Positions 50,568 to 60,927 of a stretch of 64,000 nt of DNA are shown here, in pieces. Numbering within the stretch: the first letter of the stretch is position 1; every line of letters begins with the position of its first letter. The translations under genes and the position numbers were made by a program. This stretch comes from an uncultured delta proteobacterium (lineage in GTDB: Bacteria > Myxococcota_A > Polyangia > Fen-1088). The stretch covers positions 2,624,001-2,688,000 of the forward strand of contig CAVYGB010000008.1 in the NCBI GenBank assembly GCA_963767925.1. Direction: 5' to 3'. The notes under the pieces are model-generated. The model saw only the letters and a program-made list of their open reading frames with translations, was not told the origin of the DNA and did not search any database.

Positions 50568-52970
50568 GTGCGGTCGACTCTCGTTGCCTGCCTCGTCCTG
50601 TTCTCTTCGGCGCCACTCCTGGCCCAGCCGATAGAGCCACCCCCGATACCGCCGCTGCCGTTGCCGACCGGCCCGCCGCCACCGGCGCCCAGGCCGCCGG
50701 ACAAGCCGCCCGAGCCGCCGCCCCGCCCGGCGCCCAGGCCCGAGGAGAAGGCGCCAGCCGCGCCCGTCTCTCCGGCGCCCAGGCCGGCGCCCGCGCCACC
50801 CCCGGCACCGCCGCCGGCGGCCCCCACGCCGGCGCCCCCTCCTGCCCGCGTGCCGACCGACATCCCGCCCGACATCGCGATCTTGCCCGAGCCGAGCACG
50901 CCGCTGCCGATCACGCCCCTGCCCTTGCCGCCCCCGGCGCGGGCCTTCCTGGGCCAATCGGCGGTGGTCGTCGCCGACGAGACGGAGATCCCGGCCGGGC
51001 TGCACGATCGACGGCGCCTGGTGCTCCCCACCCAGGTCGGCCCGGTCGGCCTGTACCGGCTGAGCGCCGCCGATCCCGGCGACATCGGGCAGGTGCGGAT
51101 CGGCCTGCACGGCGAATACGCCAGCGCCGACGACTTCCTCATCAAGGGCTCGCGCAACCGGCGCCTGGCCGGCACCCTCTCGGTGGCGGTCACGCCCCAC
51201 CGCTACCTCGAGGCCTTCGGCGCGATCCTGGCGAGCGCCAATCGCAACGAACGCTGTGCCACCGCCGACCCGGGCTGCACCGCCGAGGCGGACCGGGCCG
51301 ATCCCGCCACCATCCGCGCCTTCGGCGATCTGGTGTTCGGCGGCAAGGTGGCCGTGCCGGTCCTGCCGGGGCTCGCGCTGGGGGCCGAGGCCGGCCTGCG
51401 CTTCTTCGCCGCCAACGACGGCCTGTCGCTCGACACCGACTCGACCTCCGGCTGGGTGACGACCCTGGGCAGCGTCGACGTGGACGAGCTGGCCAGCGTG
51501 CCCCTCATGGTCCACCTGAACCTGGGGTACTACTCGGACCACTCGCAGAACCTGCAGGACTTCAGCCGCTTCCAGCCCAACATGTTGCCCTCGCGGCTGG
51601 TGACAACCTTCGCCTACGGCATGGGAGCCAGCCGGTTGCGCACCGGGCTCGGCCTCGGGGTGCCCCTCGAGCACCCGAGCGGCAGCATCGCGATCGAGCC
51701 CTTCGCCGAGTACCACGTCGAGCTGGTCACCGCCGACCCCGATCTGGCCTACGCCTCCTTCATGCCGCCCGAGTGCGAGGTGCCGGGCCGGGAGTGCGTC
51801 GACAACCGCGATCAGCAGTGGCTGAGCGTCGGCTTGCGGGCCCAGGTGCGCGGCGGCTTCAGCGTGACGGCCGGCTTCGACGTCACCCTCCGCTCGACCG
51901 GGTTCCCCTACGGCCCCGCCCTGCTCCCCTGGAACTTCCTGATCGGGGTGGCCCAGGCCTTCGACTTCTCCGGGCCGCCCAAGACGGTGACCCGCACCGT
52001 GACCCTCGAGCGGACGGTGGAGAAGGACCCTCCTCCCAAGGAGGGCTTCGTCACGGGAAAGATCATCAACGCCCACGCCGACGAGCCGATCGCCGGGGCG
52101 GTGGTCAGCGTGATCGGCCGGAACCGGGCCCGGGTGGCCACCGACGGCGACGGCAGCTTCGCCACCAAGGGCCTGCCCGCGGGTCCGGTCAAGCTCGAGG
52201 TCTCGGCCCCCAGCTTCGAGACCCAGGTGCTGGAGGCCCGGGTCACCCTCGGCGAGACGACCGAGATCCAGGCCTCGCTGCGCCCCAGCTTGCCCCCACC
52301 CCGCATCGAGGGCAGCGTGCTCGACGCCAGCAAGCGGCCGCTGCCGGCGGCGCGCATCCGGATCGTCGGCCCGACCTCGGCCGAGCTGGCCAGCGACATC
52401 TCCGGCCGGTTCTCGGCCGAGCTGGCCCCCGGCCCCTACATCGCCACCATCGATGCGCCCGGGCTCGTGCCGCAGGAGCAGCGCTTCGAGCTGAAGCCCG
52501 GGCTGGTCGTCCCCCTCGACGTCACCCTCGCGCGCGAGCGCGCGAGCGCCCCGCTGACCCCGGTCGAGCCGGCGGGGGCCAGCCCCGGCGGGGCGCCGGT
52601 CGCCTGGGAAGACGGGCGCCTGGTGGTGCGGGGCCCGGTCACGTTTCGCACCGTGGCTGGCAAGCCCAGCGACGAGCTGGCGCCCGGGAGCCACCCCACG
52701 CTCGAGGCCCTCGCAAAGCTCATGAGCGGCAACCCGGCCATCACCAAGCTGCGGGTGGAAGCGCACTGGGACAGCGGACTGCCGCGCGACGAGGTCGACA
52801 CCTTGACCCAGAAGCAGGCCCAGTCGGTGGTGGAGTTCCTGGTGGCCCGGGGCGTGGCGCGCGACCGCCTCTCGGCGGTCGGCATGGGGGCCAGCAACCC
52901 GCGGGTGCCCAACCTCTCGCCCGCAGTGCGGGCCAAGAACCGGCGGGTCGAGATCACGGTCGCGAACTGA
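50568..52970 (+). CDS. Outer-membrane protein with carboxypeptidase-regulatory-like domains and C-terminal OmpA-like domain
   Basis: Signal peptide, Pro-rich linker, beta-barrel-like region, G.V..A..PIAGA.V repeats; ends AVGMG..P..KNRRVEI. Confidence 0.82.
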   Translation: MRSTLVACLVLFSSAPLLAQPIEPPPIPPLPLPTGPPPPAPRPPDKPPEPPPRPAPRPEEKAPAAPVSPAPRPAPAPPPAPPPAAPTPAPPPARVPTDIPPDIAILPEPSTPLPITPLPLPPPARAFLGQSAVVVADETEIPAGLHDRRRLVLPTQVGPVGLYRLSAADPGDIGQVRIGLHGEYASADDFLIKGSRNRRLAGTLSVAVTPHRYLEAFGAILASANRNERCATADPGCTAEADRADPATIRAFGDLVFGGKVAVPVLPGLALGAEAGLRFFAANDGLSLDTDSTSGWVTTLGSVDVDELASVPLMVHLNLGYYSDHSQNLQDFSRFQPNMLPSRLVTTFAYGMGASRLRTGLGLGVPLEHPSGSIAIEPFAEYHVELVTADPDLAYASFMPPECEVPGRECVDNRDQQWLSVGLRAQVRGGFSVTAGFDVTLRSTGFPYGPALLPWNFLIGVAQAFDFSGPPKTVTRTVTLERTVEKDPPPKEGFVTGKIINAHADEPIAGAVVSVIGRNRARVATDGDGSFATKGLPAGPVKLEVSAPSFETQVLEARVTLGETTEIQASLRPSLPPPRIEGSVLDASKRPLPAARIRIVGPTSAELASDISGRFSAELAPGPYIATIDAPGLVPQEQRFELKPGLVVPLDVTLARERASAPLTPVEPAGASPGGAPVAWEDGRLVVRGPVTFRTVAGKPSDELAPGSHPTLEALAKLMSGNPAITKLRVEAHWDSGLPRDEVDTLTQKQAQSVVEFLVARGVARDRLSAVGMGASNPRVPNLSPAVRAKNRRVEITVAN

Positions 52971-52979
52971 GCGGCGGCG

Positions 52980-53783
52980 CTACTCGTCGCCGCCGGGGGT
53001 AACCGCCACCAGGGCCCGCTGCCGCCGCAGCGCCAGCAGGTCGAGGAAGCGCTCGGGCGCCAGCGTGACATGGGCCCGGTTCTCCTCGAAGCGGCGCCGC
53101 TCGAGGGCCATGAGGCCACCGGCGGCGGCGCCCCCCGCCAGCAAGGACATGACGTCCTCCAGGCCGAAGCCCGGGAAGAACAGCGCGCCGCCGACGCCGA
53201 AGATGGAGAACGCCGCGCCCGCCCGCAAGCAGGCCCGCAGCAGCCGGTGCCGGCGCAGCTCGCTGAGATCGATGCGGAAGGTGACCGAGGTCGAGGTGTC
53301 GCTCTCGGCCACCACCACCGTCTCGACGCGGGTCACCGGGCCGAAGGCGTAGCGGCGCGCAAAATCGAGCGAGCGGGCCAGGCCAGGCCAGAGGCCGCGC
53401 GCCCGCTCCCACTCCACCCGGTCGCCGTGGTGGCGGCGCACGGTCATGAGCTGCTCGCGCAGGAAGCGCTCGATCGCGCGGCGCACGGGAGCGGCGGGCC
53501 CCGGGATCTCCCGGCTCACGACGATCTGACGCGCGCCGAGCGCGCGGTCCAGGCCGTCGCGCTCCACGGTCGTGAGCTGGCCGCGCCGGAGCTCGGCCAG
53601 CGCGCCCTGCAGGCTGCTCTCCGACAGGCCCGCCTCCTCTCCGAGGCGCAACACGTCCTGCTCGGAGAGCCCGGTGTCGCTCGGGTCATCTGGATCCGAG
53701 CTGCCCGGGCGGTTGGCCTCCAGCTCCGCGGCGCGACGAAGCACCTGCTCGATCTGGGGACGGGACAACCTACCGATGGCCAC
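52980..53783 (-). CDS. Hypothetical membrane-associated protein
   Basis: Motif QVLRRAAELE..E.GLS...AL.E; C-terminal TM pair. Confidence 0.7.
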   Translation of the reverse strand: MAIGRLSRPQIEQVLRRAAELEANRPGSSDPDDPSDTGLSEQDVLRLGEEAGLSESSLQGALAELRRGQLTTVERDGLDRALGARQIVVSREIPGPAAPVRRAIERFLREQLMTVRRHHGDRVEWERARGLWPGLARSLDFARRYAFGPVTRVETVVVAESDTSTSVTFRIDLSELRRHRLLRACLRAGAAFSIFGVGGALFFPGFGLEDVMSLLAGGAAAGGLMALERRRFEENRAHVTLAPERFLDLLALRRQRALVAVTPGGDE

Positions 53784-53863
53784 GCTCTTTGATTATACGA
53801 GCCGAATCCCACATCGTCCGGCCCTGAACGCCACCTTGCCCCCCATGTGTGTGTCGGGGGGCG

Positions 53864-54757
53864 CTACGCCAGCAGCCGGCGCTTCCGGTGGAACACCCAT
53901 TCCACGATCCGCTCGTACAGACCGTCCGGAACGAAGCGGCGCAGAACCCCGCCCGTGAAGGCGCTGGGGCCCACTGGCCAGCGCAGGCGCGGGCGGCGGC
54001 GGGTGGCCGCCCGGTGGATGGTCTCCGCGACCTGCTCGACGTCCCCCCGGCGCAGCTTGCCCGACTCGGCCTCGTAGGCCCGCATGAGGGGGGCGTAGGG
54101 CGAGTCCTCCCGCTGCGACTGCCGGGCTCGTGTCTCCTTGACGTGAAGCTCGGTCTGGAAGGGACCCGGCTCCACCAGGGTGACCCGCACGCCGAAAGGG
54201 GCCACCTCGTAGCGCAACGCTTCGGAGAGCGCCTCCAGCGCCCACTTGGAGGCGTGGTAGGGGCCGGCGATTGGGAGCACCACCCGCCCCGAGATCGAGC
54301 TCAGGTTGACGATGGCACCCATCCGGCGGGCGCGCATGATCGGGAGGACCGCCCGGGTCACCCGCAGCACCCCCACCACGTTGGTCTCGAGCTGGGCGCG
54401 CAGCTCGTCGGGGGAGGTCTCCTCGATGGGGCCGAAGCAGTAATAGCCGGCGTTGTTGACGAGCACGTCGACCCGGTTGCCGGTCTCGGCCAGCAGCATC
54501 GACACCGCCGCCTCCACCGAGGTGTCGCTGTTGACGTCGAGGGCGGGCGTCGACAGCATCCAGCCCTGGGCGTCCGCCTCCGCCCGCAGATCGGCCCCCG
54601 CCTGGGGGCGGCGCATGCTGGCGTAGACGCGATAGCCCTCCCGGGCGAACCGGCGGGCGGCGGCCCGGCCGATGCCGCTCGAGCAGCCGGTGATGAGGAC
54701 GACGGGTGCGTTGCGCCCGCTCGCGCTGATGGCAGTGGAGGCGGCGGAGACATCCAT
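53864..54757 (-). CDS. SDR family oxidoreductase
   Basis: Motifs TGCSSGIG, NNAG and YHASK. Confidence 0.93.
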   Translation of the reverse strand: MDVSAASTAISASGRNAPVVLITGCSSGIGRAAARRFAREGYRVYASMRRPQAGADLRAEADAQGWMLSTPALDVNSDTSVEAAVSMLLAETGNRVDVLVNNAGYYCFGPIEETSPDELRAQLETNVVGVLRVTRAVLPIMRARRMGAIVNLSSISGRVVLPIAGPYHASKWALEALSEALRYEVAPFGVRVTLVEPGPFQTELHVKETRARQSQREDSPYAPLMRAYEAESGKLRRGDVEQVAETIHRAATRRRPRLRWPVGPSAFTGGVLRRFVPDGLYERIVEWVFHRKRRLLA

Positions 54758-54781
54758 GTTTGGTCCCTTTCGTGACGCTGC

Positions 54782-55129
54782 TCAGCGGTCGCTCAGGATC
54801 CGCAGCATCACCGTGGCGAGCAGTCCCCAGGCGAGGGTCGCCGGCAACCAGAGGCGGGTGCCACGATTCCTCACGCGCGCGAGCGCGCGCAGGCCCAGGC
54901 CGATGTGAAAGCTCGAGAGCATGACCAGGGCCGCCATCCACAGCGCGGTCGAGGAGGCCCGCGGCTCGGGGGCCAGCGTGTACGACATCGCGCCGATCAG
55001 GAACAGGATGCCGAACGCCGTCTTGCCGATGGCCCAGCGAACCACCCGGGCCCGGAGCTGCGCGGCGCGCACCTCCGGGAGCTCCCGTCCCACCTGGGGG
55101 GGATGACGGTTCGCGCCCAGCGGGTCCAT
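54782..55129 (-). CDS. Small 3-TM membrane protein
   Basis: ATGA-coupled to the DUF3570 gene; three hydrophobic helices. Confidence 0.6.
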   Translation of the reverse strand: MDPLGANRHPPQVGRELPEVRAAQLRARVVRWAIGKTAFGILFLIGAMSYTLAPEPRASSTALWMAALVMLSSFHIGLGLRALARVRNRGTRLWLPATLAWGLLATVMLRILSDR

Positions 55130-56328
55130 CAGAACGGCAAAGAATAGCCCGTCTGCATGAGATGCGCCCCCCCGTACTTCCGGGTGAAAGGGAGCTTGCC
55201 GATCCCGGGGGGCGCATTCCGGTCGGTGAAGGGCTGGCCATAGGGCGTGCTCTCGAACAGGTAGCCGTAAGAGAGCTCGACCGAGCCGGTCGACAGCCAG
55301 GCCAGGGCCGGCACCTCGGCCAGCCCGTGCAGGTCCCAGATCACCTTCACCTCGGGGAGCTGGGTGTTGAGCCCCCCGAACTTGACGTCCCAGGAGTGAT
55401 ACTCCGGCATCATGCCGTAACACCCGATATCCGCGCGGGCGTTGCACCAGAAGTCGGCCTGCCCCTGCCGGTGGTAGCGGTAAGAGAGGCGGAGCTCGAC
55501 GTGACGGCCGAGGGTCTTGTAGAGGCGGCCCTCCAGGGTGTGGGCGGTCAGGCCCCAGGGGTCGCTGCTGCCGAGCGACTCCTGGTCGAAGTAAAAGCGG
55601 TAGTGGAGCTGCACGCCCAGGGCGAGGCTCGGCAGGTACTGGGCCACGTGAAAGGAAAGGGCGTGGCGCAGGCGGGTCTCCGGGAGATCCTCGCGCCCGA
55701 GGTTGGGATGCGAGATGTACGGGTTCCCGTAAAACCCCTTCAGGCGATAGATCTCGTAACCGACCTGGGCCAGCGTCGTGGGGGTGAGGATCTGGGCGTA
55801 AGACAGCCCAGCGAACCAGACGTCCAGATCCCGCGGCTGCAGGGGGGGATTCGGCTCGATGTCGTCGTGGGTGAAGGCCAGGTTGACGCCGATGGTCCCG
55901 GTGCGCTCCCACACCTCGTGGGAGGCCGACACGCCCGCGGTGTGAGAGAAATAGTCGGGCTCGCGGCTGTAGCGAAAGAAGCCCCCCAGCCGGAGCAACG
56001 ACCGGGTCCAGCCCGCCGAGATGCCGCCCTCGTAGCGCGTCTCGGTGAACACCTCATCGGTGATCGCCCCCTGGGCGATGGAGGCCGAGGAGATGGCGTC
56101 CACCAGCAGATGCCCGCTCACGTCGAAGCCGGCGGGCAGGGCCTTGGTGACCTGGAGCATCGGCTGCACCACGCGGGTGGAGGCCTCGCGGAAGTAGGCC
56201 CCTCGGACCGTGAGGCGATCCTCGACCGGCTGGGCGCGCACGGAGGGTGCGCCCGCCAGGCAGGCCGCCGCCACCAGCAGGCCAGCGATCCGGCGGCCCG
56301 GTGCGAGCGACATCAGTTGCAGCCGCAT
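55129..56328 (-). CDS. DUF3570 outer-membrane beta-barrel protein
   Basis: Motifs MRLQL, VDAISSAS, SREPDY.S, GNPY and E.LP..RLRH. Confidence 0.85.
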   Translation of the reverse strand: MRLQLMSLAPGRRIAGLLVAAACLAGAPSVRAQPVEDRLTVRGAYFREASTRVVQPMLQVTKALPAGFDVSGHLLVDAISSASIAQGAITDEVFTETRYEGGISAGWTRSLLRLGGFFRYSREPDYFSHTAGVSASHEVWERTGTIGVNLAFTHDDIEPNPPLQPRDLDVWFAGLSYAQILTPTTLAQVGYEIYRLKGFYGNPYISHPNLGREDLPETRLRHALSFHVAQYLPSLALGVQLHYRFYFDQESLGSSDPWGLTAHTLEGRLYKTLGRHVELRLSYRYHRQGQADFWCNARADIGCYGMMPEYHSWDVKFGGLNTQLPEVKVIWDLHGLAEVPALAWLSTGSVELSYGYLFESTPYGQPFTDRNAPPGIGKLPFTRKYGGAHLMQTGYSLPF

Positions 56329-56531
56329 CCGCCACCGACGTGGCCGTAGCCGCCCTCCGCCCCCTCGCGCGACGAGAACATGTGCTGCCGGAAACGTCCC
56401 TCCAGCCCGTCGTCGAACTTCATGGCCCGGCGGACCAGGTGGCCACGTTGCCAGGGCTTCACGGGCGGGGCGTGGCGGCAGCCGCTGATCAGCCCGCCCG
56501 CGACAAGAATGGCCAGGATCAGCTTCGTCAT
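56313..56531 (-). CDS. DUF4266 lipoprotein
   Basis: Lipobox ISGC; VKPWQRG.L..SREGA.GG.G..GGGCGCN. Confidence 0.9.
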   Translation of the reverse strand: MTKLILAILVAGGLISGCRHAPPVKPWQRGHLVRRAMKFDDGLEGRFRQHMFSSREGAEGGYGHVGGGCGCN

Positions 56532-56604
56532 CCGGGAGCCTTCCATCTGGCAAGTCCTATAGCGAGAAGGGCGCCAAAGCAAAGCGGTTAATATCCGGCC
56601 GGTC

Positions 56605-57357
56605 ATGTCCGCCTCCACCTACCTGGTGCTCGACATCGAGACCGTCCCAGACCGTGACCTCTTCACGCCGCCCGAGCCGGCGCCCGGCGCGGAGCGGGGC
56701 CCACCGCCACCCGGCTCCGACCGGTCCCTGCCCCCGCTCTACGCCAGCCGGCCGGTGACGCTGGGGGTGATGGAGCTGGCCGAGGACCTGTCGCTGCAAC
56801 GGCTCGACACCATCGGCGATGGCCAGGACGAGGTGGCCATGTTGCAGGAGCTGGCCGACCTGATGGAGCGCCGGAGACCCCACCTCGTGACCTGGCACGG
56901 GCGCGGCTTCGACCTGCCCATCCTGGTCCTCCGTTCGCTGCGCCACGGCCTGTCCTGGCCCTGGTACTACCGGGAGCGCGACTACCGTTATCGCTACAGC
57001 GAGGAGGGCCACCTCGACCTGTGCGACTTCCTGAGCGATCACGGCGCCACCCGCATGACCTCGCTCGACGGCGCGGCCCGCCTGATCGGGCTGCCCGGCA
57101 AGGAGGGCGTCGACGGCAGCCAGGTCGAGGGGCTCTGGAGCAGCGGCCAGCTCGACGCCCTGAAGCGTTATTGCCTCTCCGACGTGGTTCAGACCGCCTT
57201 TCTGTTTCTGCGCCAGCGCCTGCTGGTCGGTAGGATCGACCGCTCGAGCTACCGCCGGGCGGCGGAGGCGCTGCTGGCGGCGGTGGCGGTCGACGATCGT
57301 CTGGGCGGCCTGGCCGGGCGGGTCGACCGCCGGCGGCTGCTGCTCGCGCCAGCCTGA
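56605..57357 (+). CDS. PolB-related 3'-5' exonuclease (DEDD)
   Basis: Motifs LDIETVPD, G..FDLP.L, HLDL.D, GLPGK and YC.SDV. Confidence 0.88.
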   Translation: MSASTYLVLDIETVPDRDLFTPPEPAPGAERGPPPPGSDRSLPPLYASRPVTLGVMELAEDLSLQRLDTIGDGQDEVAMLQELADLMERRRPHLVTWHGRGFDLPILVLRSLRHGLSWPWYYRERDYRYRYSEEGHLDLCDFLSDHGATRMTSLDGAARLIGLPGKEGVDGSQVEGLWSSGQLDALKRYCLSDVVQTAFLFLRQRLLVGRIDRSSYRRAAEALLAAVAVDDRLGGLAGRVDRRRLLLAPA

Positions 57358-57363
57358 ACCGGT

Positions 57364-57846
57364 TCAGACCGGGCTGGTCCGCCGCCGGGCGAGCTCGCTC
57401 TCGATGGCGGCGAACATGGTCGGCAGCGAGACGCTCACCAGCGCCTGCGTCACCCGCCGCACGACGAAGCCGGGCAAGGGGGCGTTGATGGTGAGGGCCG
57501 CCTGATACTCCAGGCGGGTGCCGCCGTCCTCGGCCAGGAAACGCCAGCTCCCCTCCGAGCCCGTCACCACCTCCCCCTCCACGTAGGTCCAGTCGACGGT
57601 GAGCGCCTCGGGGTTGCACACGAGGTCGAGCGTGTAGCGGACCGCGACCACCATCTCCAGGCGGAACTCAACCCGGTGCCGCGGGCCCTCCACCGTCAAC
57701 ACGCGGGCCGACTTCATCTCCCGGAACATGCGGGGGTACGACGGAAAGTCGGTGACGATGTCGTACAACTCACGCGGCTGTGCTCCACGGACCTGATGCG
57801 TGCGCCGGACCGGCGCGGGAGCCTGGGGAGCGGAGCTGGAAGCCAC
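57364..57846 (-). CDS. SRPBCC/polyketide cyclase-like protein
   Basis: Motifs YDIVTDF.SYP.MF and GSWRF. Confidence 0.8.
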   Translation of the reverse strand: MASSSAPQAPAPVRRTHQVRGAQPRELYDIVTDFPSYPRMFREMKSARVLTVEGPRHRVEFRLEMVVAVRYTLDLVCNPEALTVDWTYVEGEVVTGSEGSWRFLAEDGGTRLEYQAALTINAPLPGFVVRRVTQALVSVSLPTMFAAIESELARRRTSPV

Positions 57847-57911
57847 GGCGGCGATGTTACCCCAACCGAGGGGGATACACGCACCCGCTGATTCTGGGTT
57901 AGGGTGCTCTT

Positions 57912-60512
57912 ATGCCCAAACCCTTTGCGCCACCGGGGACGCCCGTCCGCTACCTGCCCGATCGACCGGTGTCGATGGAGCACGTGCGGCTCGAGATCGA
58001 TCTCGATCTGCAGGGGCGCAAGCTGAAGGGACGATCGCGGCTCACGCTACGGGTACGGCGGGACGACCTGGCGGCGGTGGAGCTGCACGCGGTCGACATG
58101 ACGATCGACGAGGTGAAGGTCGACGGGGGGCCGGCCCGTTCGTTTCGCTACGACGGTCAGACCCTGCGCATCGAGCTTCCCAACCGTTACGAGCGGGACA
58201 GCGGGCTGGATCTGGAGGTGGCCTACCGCTGCTCCCCCAGCCGGGGGCTGTATTTCGTGGGACCCGACGAGACCGAGCCCGACCGCCCCTGGCAGTGCTG
58301 GACGCAGGGACAGGACGAGGACTCGCGCCACTACTGGCCCGGGCTCGACATCCCGGTCGAGAAGGCCACCAGCGAGATCATCTGCACCGCCCCCCGGGGG
58401 CTGTTCGTGCTCTCCAACGGAGATCTGCGGGAGACGGTGGACATCGACGGCGATCGGTCCCGCTGGCACTACGCCCTCGACTTCCCCCACGCGGGCTATC
58501 TGGTGACCCTGGTCTGCGGCAGCTTCGAGGAGGTGCGCGACAAGGCGCCGGGGACGGGGGTGGAGATCTACTACTACGTGCCCCCCGGCCACGCCGCCGA
58601 CGCCCGCCGCAGCTTCGGCGCCACCCCCCGCATGATCGACTTCTTCTCCGAGCGCATCGGCGTGCGTTACCCCCACCAGCGCTACAGCCAGATCGTCGTC
58701 AACGACTTCATCTTCGGGGGGATGGAGAACACGACCGCCACCACCTTGACCTCCGAGGCGATGCTCGACGAGCGGGCGGCCATCGACCACGACGTCGAGG
58801 GGCTGGTGGCGCACGAGCTGGCCCACCAGTGGTGGGGCAACCTGCTCACCTGCCGGGAGTGGCCGGAGGCCTGGCTGAACGAGGGGTTCGCCACCTACTT
58901 CGAATACGTCTGGCGCGAGCACGCCCACGGCCGGGACGAGGCGGATTGCGAGCTGCTCAACGACACCCAGGCTTATCTCGGTGAGGCGGGCAAATACCAG
59001 CGGCCCATCGTGTGCCGGCAATACAACGAGCCCATCGAGCTGTTCGACAGCCACCTCTACGACAAGGGGGGCCGGGTGCTCCACATGTTGCGCCACACCC
59101 TGGGCGACGAGGTGTTCTGGCGGGCCCTCAACCTGTACGCCGAGCGGCACGCCCATCGCTCGGTCGAGACCCGCGACCTGGCCCGCGCCGTCGAGGATGC
59201 CTCGGGCCGCAACCTCGATCCCTTCTTCGACCAGTGGATCGGCAAGCCCGGTCACCCCGAGCTCGAGGGCTCCTGGCGCTGGGACGACGACCAGTCGGTG
59301 GGGCGGCTGCGCCTGGAGCAGAAGCAGAGCGAGGACCGGGTCTATAGCTTCGAGGCCAAGATCGCCTTCGAGATCGGGGGGACCTTCACCGAGCAGACCC
59401 TCACCGTGCGCGACAAGAGCCACAGCTTCGAGCTGCCCCTCAAGGCCCGCCCCGACCAGGTGATCTTCGATCCCGGCGACGTCGTGCTCAAGATCCTCAA
59501 GCTGGAGAAGCCCCGGCCGCTCTGGATCCGCCAGCTCGAGGCCGCGCCCCTGGCCGTCGACCGGGTGGCGGCGGCCCGGGCCCTGGCCGAGCAGTCGGGG
59601 ACGGAGGTGGTGACCGCCCTGCAGCGGGCCCTGGCCGATGACCCCTTCTGGGCGGTGCGGGCGGCCGCCGCCCGCGCGCTCGGGCAGGTCCGGGGTGACG
59701 ACGCCCGGCAGGCGCTCGCCGGTTTCCAGAGCGACCCCCACCCCAAGGTGCGGCGGGCGGTAGCCGGCGCGCTCGGCGAGCTGCGCGACGATCCCAAGGC
59801 CGCCGAGGTGCTGGCCCGCTGGGCGAACGAGGGAGACGAGAGCTGCCTGGTCGAGGGGGCGGCGGCCCTCTCGCTCGGCCGGGTGCGGGGCGAACAGGCG
59901 CTGGTTGTGTTGCCGAAGCTGCTCGAGCGGGAATCCTTCCAGGACGTCATCAGGGCCCGGGCCATCGAGGGGCTGGGGGCCACCGGCGACGAGCGGGCCC
60001 TCCCCCTCCTGGAGGGGGCCTACGTGAGCCGCTCGCGCTTTCAGGCTCGACGGGCGGCGGTGGCGGCGATCGCCCGGCTCACCGAGGGAACCGGGCTGGC
60101 CCGCCGCGGGCGCGAGCTGTCCGAACGCGCGCTCGACGACCGCGATTTCCGCGTGCGCATGGAGGCCGCCTCGGCCCTCGTCACGCTGCAGGACGCCCGG
60201 GCCATCCCCAACCTCGAGCGGGCCGCACGCGTCGAGCTGGACGGCCGCGCCAGACGGAGGCTGCGGGAGGCCATCGCCGAGCTGACGGAAAAGGGCAGGC
60301 CTGCCGAGCAGGCCCGCAAGGTCGGCGAGGAGCTCGAGCGCCTGCGGCGCGAGCTGGGCGACATGCGCGGCCGGCTCGAGAAGCTGGAGCGTCGCGCGGA
60401 GCCGGCCAGCCCCACCGGGGGTGGCCGCAAGCGGGCGGAGGGGGCGACGAGCCGGCGGCCGCGGCCGCGCACGCGTCGGGGAATCAAGCCCCCGCGACGC
60501 GGGCGCTCCTAG
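57912..60512 (+). CDS. M1 family aminopeptidase with C-terminal HEAT repeats
   Basis: Motifs GGMEN, HELAHQW..WLNEGFA and YDKG; HEAT repeats; C-terminal coiled coil. Confidence 0.93.
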   Translation: MPKPFAPPGTPVRYLPDRPVSMEHVRLEIDLDLQGRKLKGRSRLTLRVRRDDLAAVELHAVDMTIDEVKVDGGPARSFRYDGQTLRIELPNRYERDSGLDLEVAYRCSPSRGLYFVGPDETEPDRPWQCWTQGQDEDSRHYWPGLDIPVEKATSEIICTAPRGLFVLSNGDLRETVDIDGDRSRWHYALDFPHAGYLVTLVCGSFEEVRDKAPGTGVEIYYYVPPGHAADARRSFGATPRMIDFFSERIGVRYPHQRYSQIVVNDFIFGGMENTTATTLTSEAMLDERAAIDHDVEGLVAHELAHQWWGNLLTCREWPEAWLNEGFATYFEYVWREHAHGRDEADCELLNDTQAYLGEAGKYQRPIVCRQYNEPIELFDSHLYDKGGRVLHMLRHTLGDEVFWRALNLYAERHAHRSVETRDLARAVEDASGRNLDPFFDQWIGKPGHPELEGSWRWDDDQSVGRLRLEQKQSEDRVYSFEAKIAFEIGGTFTEQTLTVRDKSHSFELPLKARPDQVIFDPGDVVLKILKLEKPRPLWIRQLEAAPLAVDRVAAARALAEQSGTEVVTALQRALADDPFWAVRAAAARALGQVRGDDARQALAGFQSDPHPKVRRAVAGALGELRDDPKAAEVLARWANEGDESCLVEGAAALSLGRVRGEQALVVLPKLLERESFQDVIRARAIEGLGATGDERALPLLEGAYVSRSRFQARRAAVAAIARLTEGTGLARRGRELSERALDDRDFRVRMEAASALVTLQDARAIPNLERAARVELDGRARRRLREAIAELTEKGRPAEQARKVGEELERLRRELGDMRGRLEKLERRAEPASPTGGGRKRAEGATSRRPRPRTRRGIKPPRRGRS

Positions 60513-60629
60513 CGGGGGGCGATGCGCGACAGTCCTGTCGCGCGCGTGGCACGGCGGTATATCATGGAGCAACGGGCGGTATTAATTTTTCTCGCCTGAT
60601 CTCCCGTGGCCCGGCGCTTCGTCAGCGCG

Positions 60630-60701
60630 GTTTCCAGCGCGTCCTCGAACCCGGCTTCCGGTGCTGCTTCCAGCGCTTCTTCCAGCGCTGCTTCCAGCGC
60701 G
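60630..60701. repeat. Degenerate 12-bp tandem repeat (GCTTCCAGCGCT-like)
   Basis: In-register units at 60630, 60654, 60666, 60678 and 60690. Confidence 0.75.
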
Positions 60702-60744
60702 TCGGGCGCTTTTTGGGCACCCGGGTCTCGCGGACCCGAGCCGG

Positions 60745-60927
60745 CTAGTCGGGCCCGGAAGCGCCGCGATCTTCGGCTCGCTCGATCTGCGCCACCTCCA
60801 GATATCGGATTCCGAACGCATCGCCGCCGTAGCGCCGGAGACCCCAGTCCATGGCGTCTTCGAGGTTCTCGAACACGGCAGTTGGATTCATCGCACCGTC
60901 GGGAAAGACCGCAAAGCAGCCCATCAT
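60745..60927 (-). CDS. Small hypothetical protein (60 aa)
   Basis: Purine-rich SD GGAGAAGAGAAG; protein-like composition (AVFENLEDAMDWG). Confidence 0.55.
   Translation of the reverse strand: MMGCFAVFPDGAMNPTAVFENLEDAMDWGLRRYGGDAFGIRYLEVAQIERAEDRGASGPD

Noticed and set aside
60630..60701. Possible CRISPR-like array
   Set aside because: 12-bp adjacent units with no spacers, and no cas genes in the window
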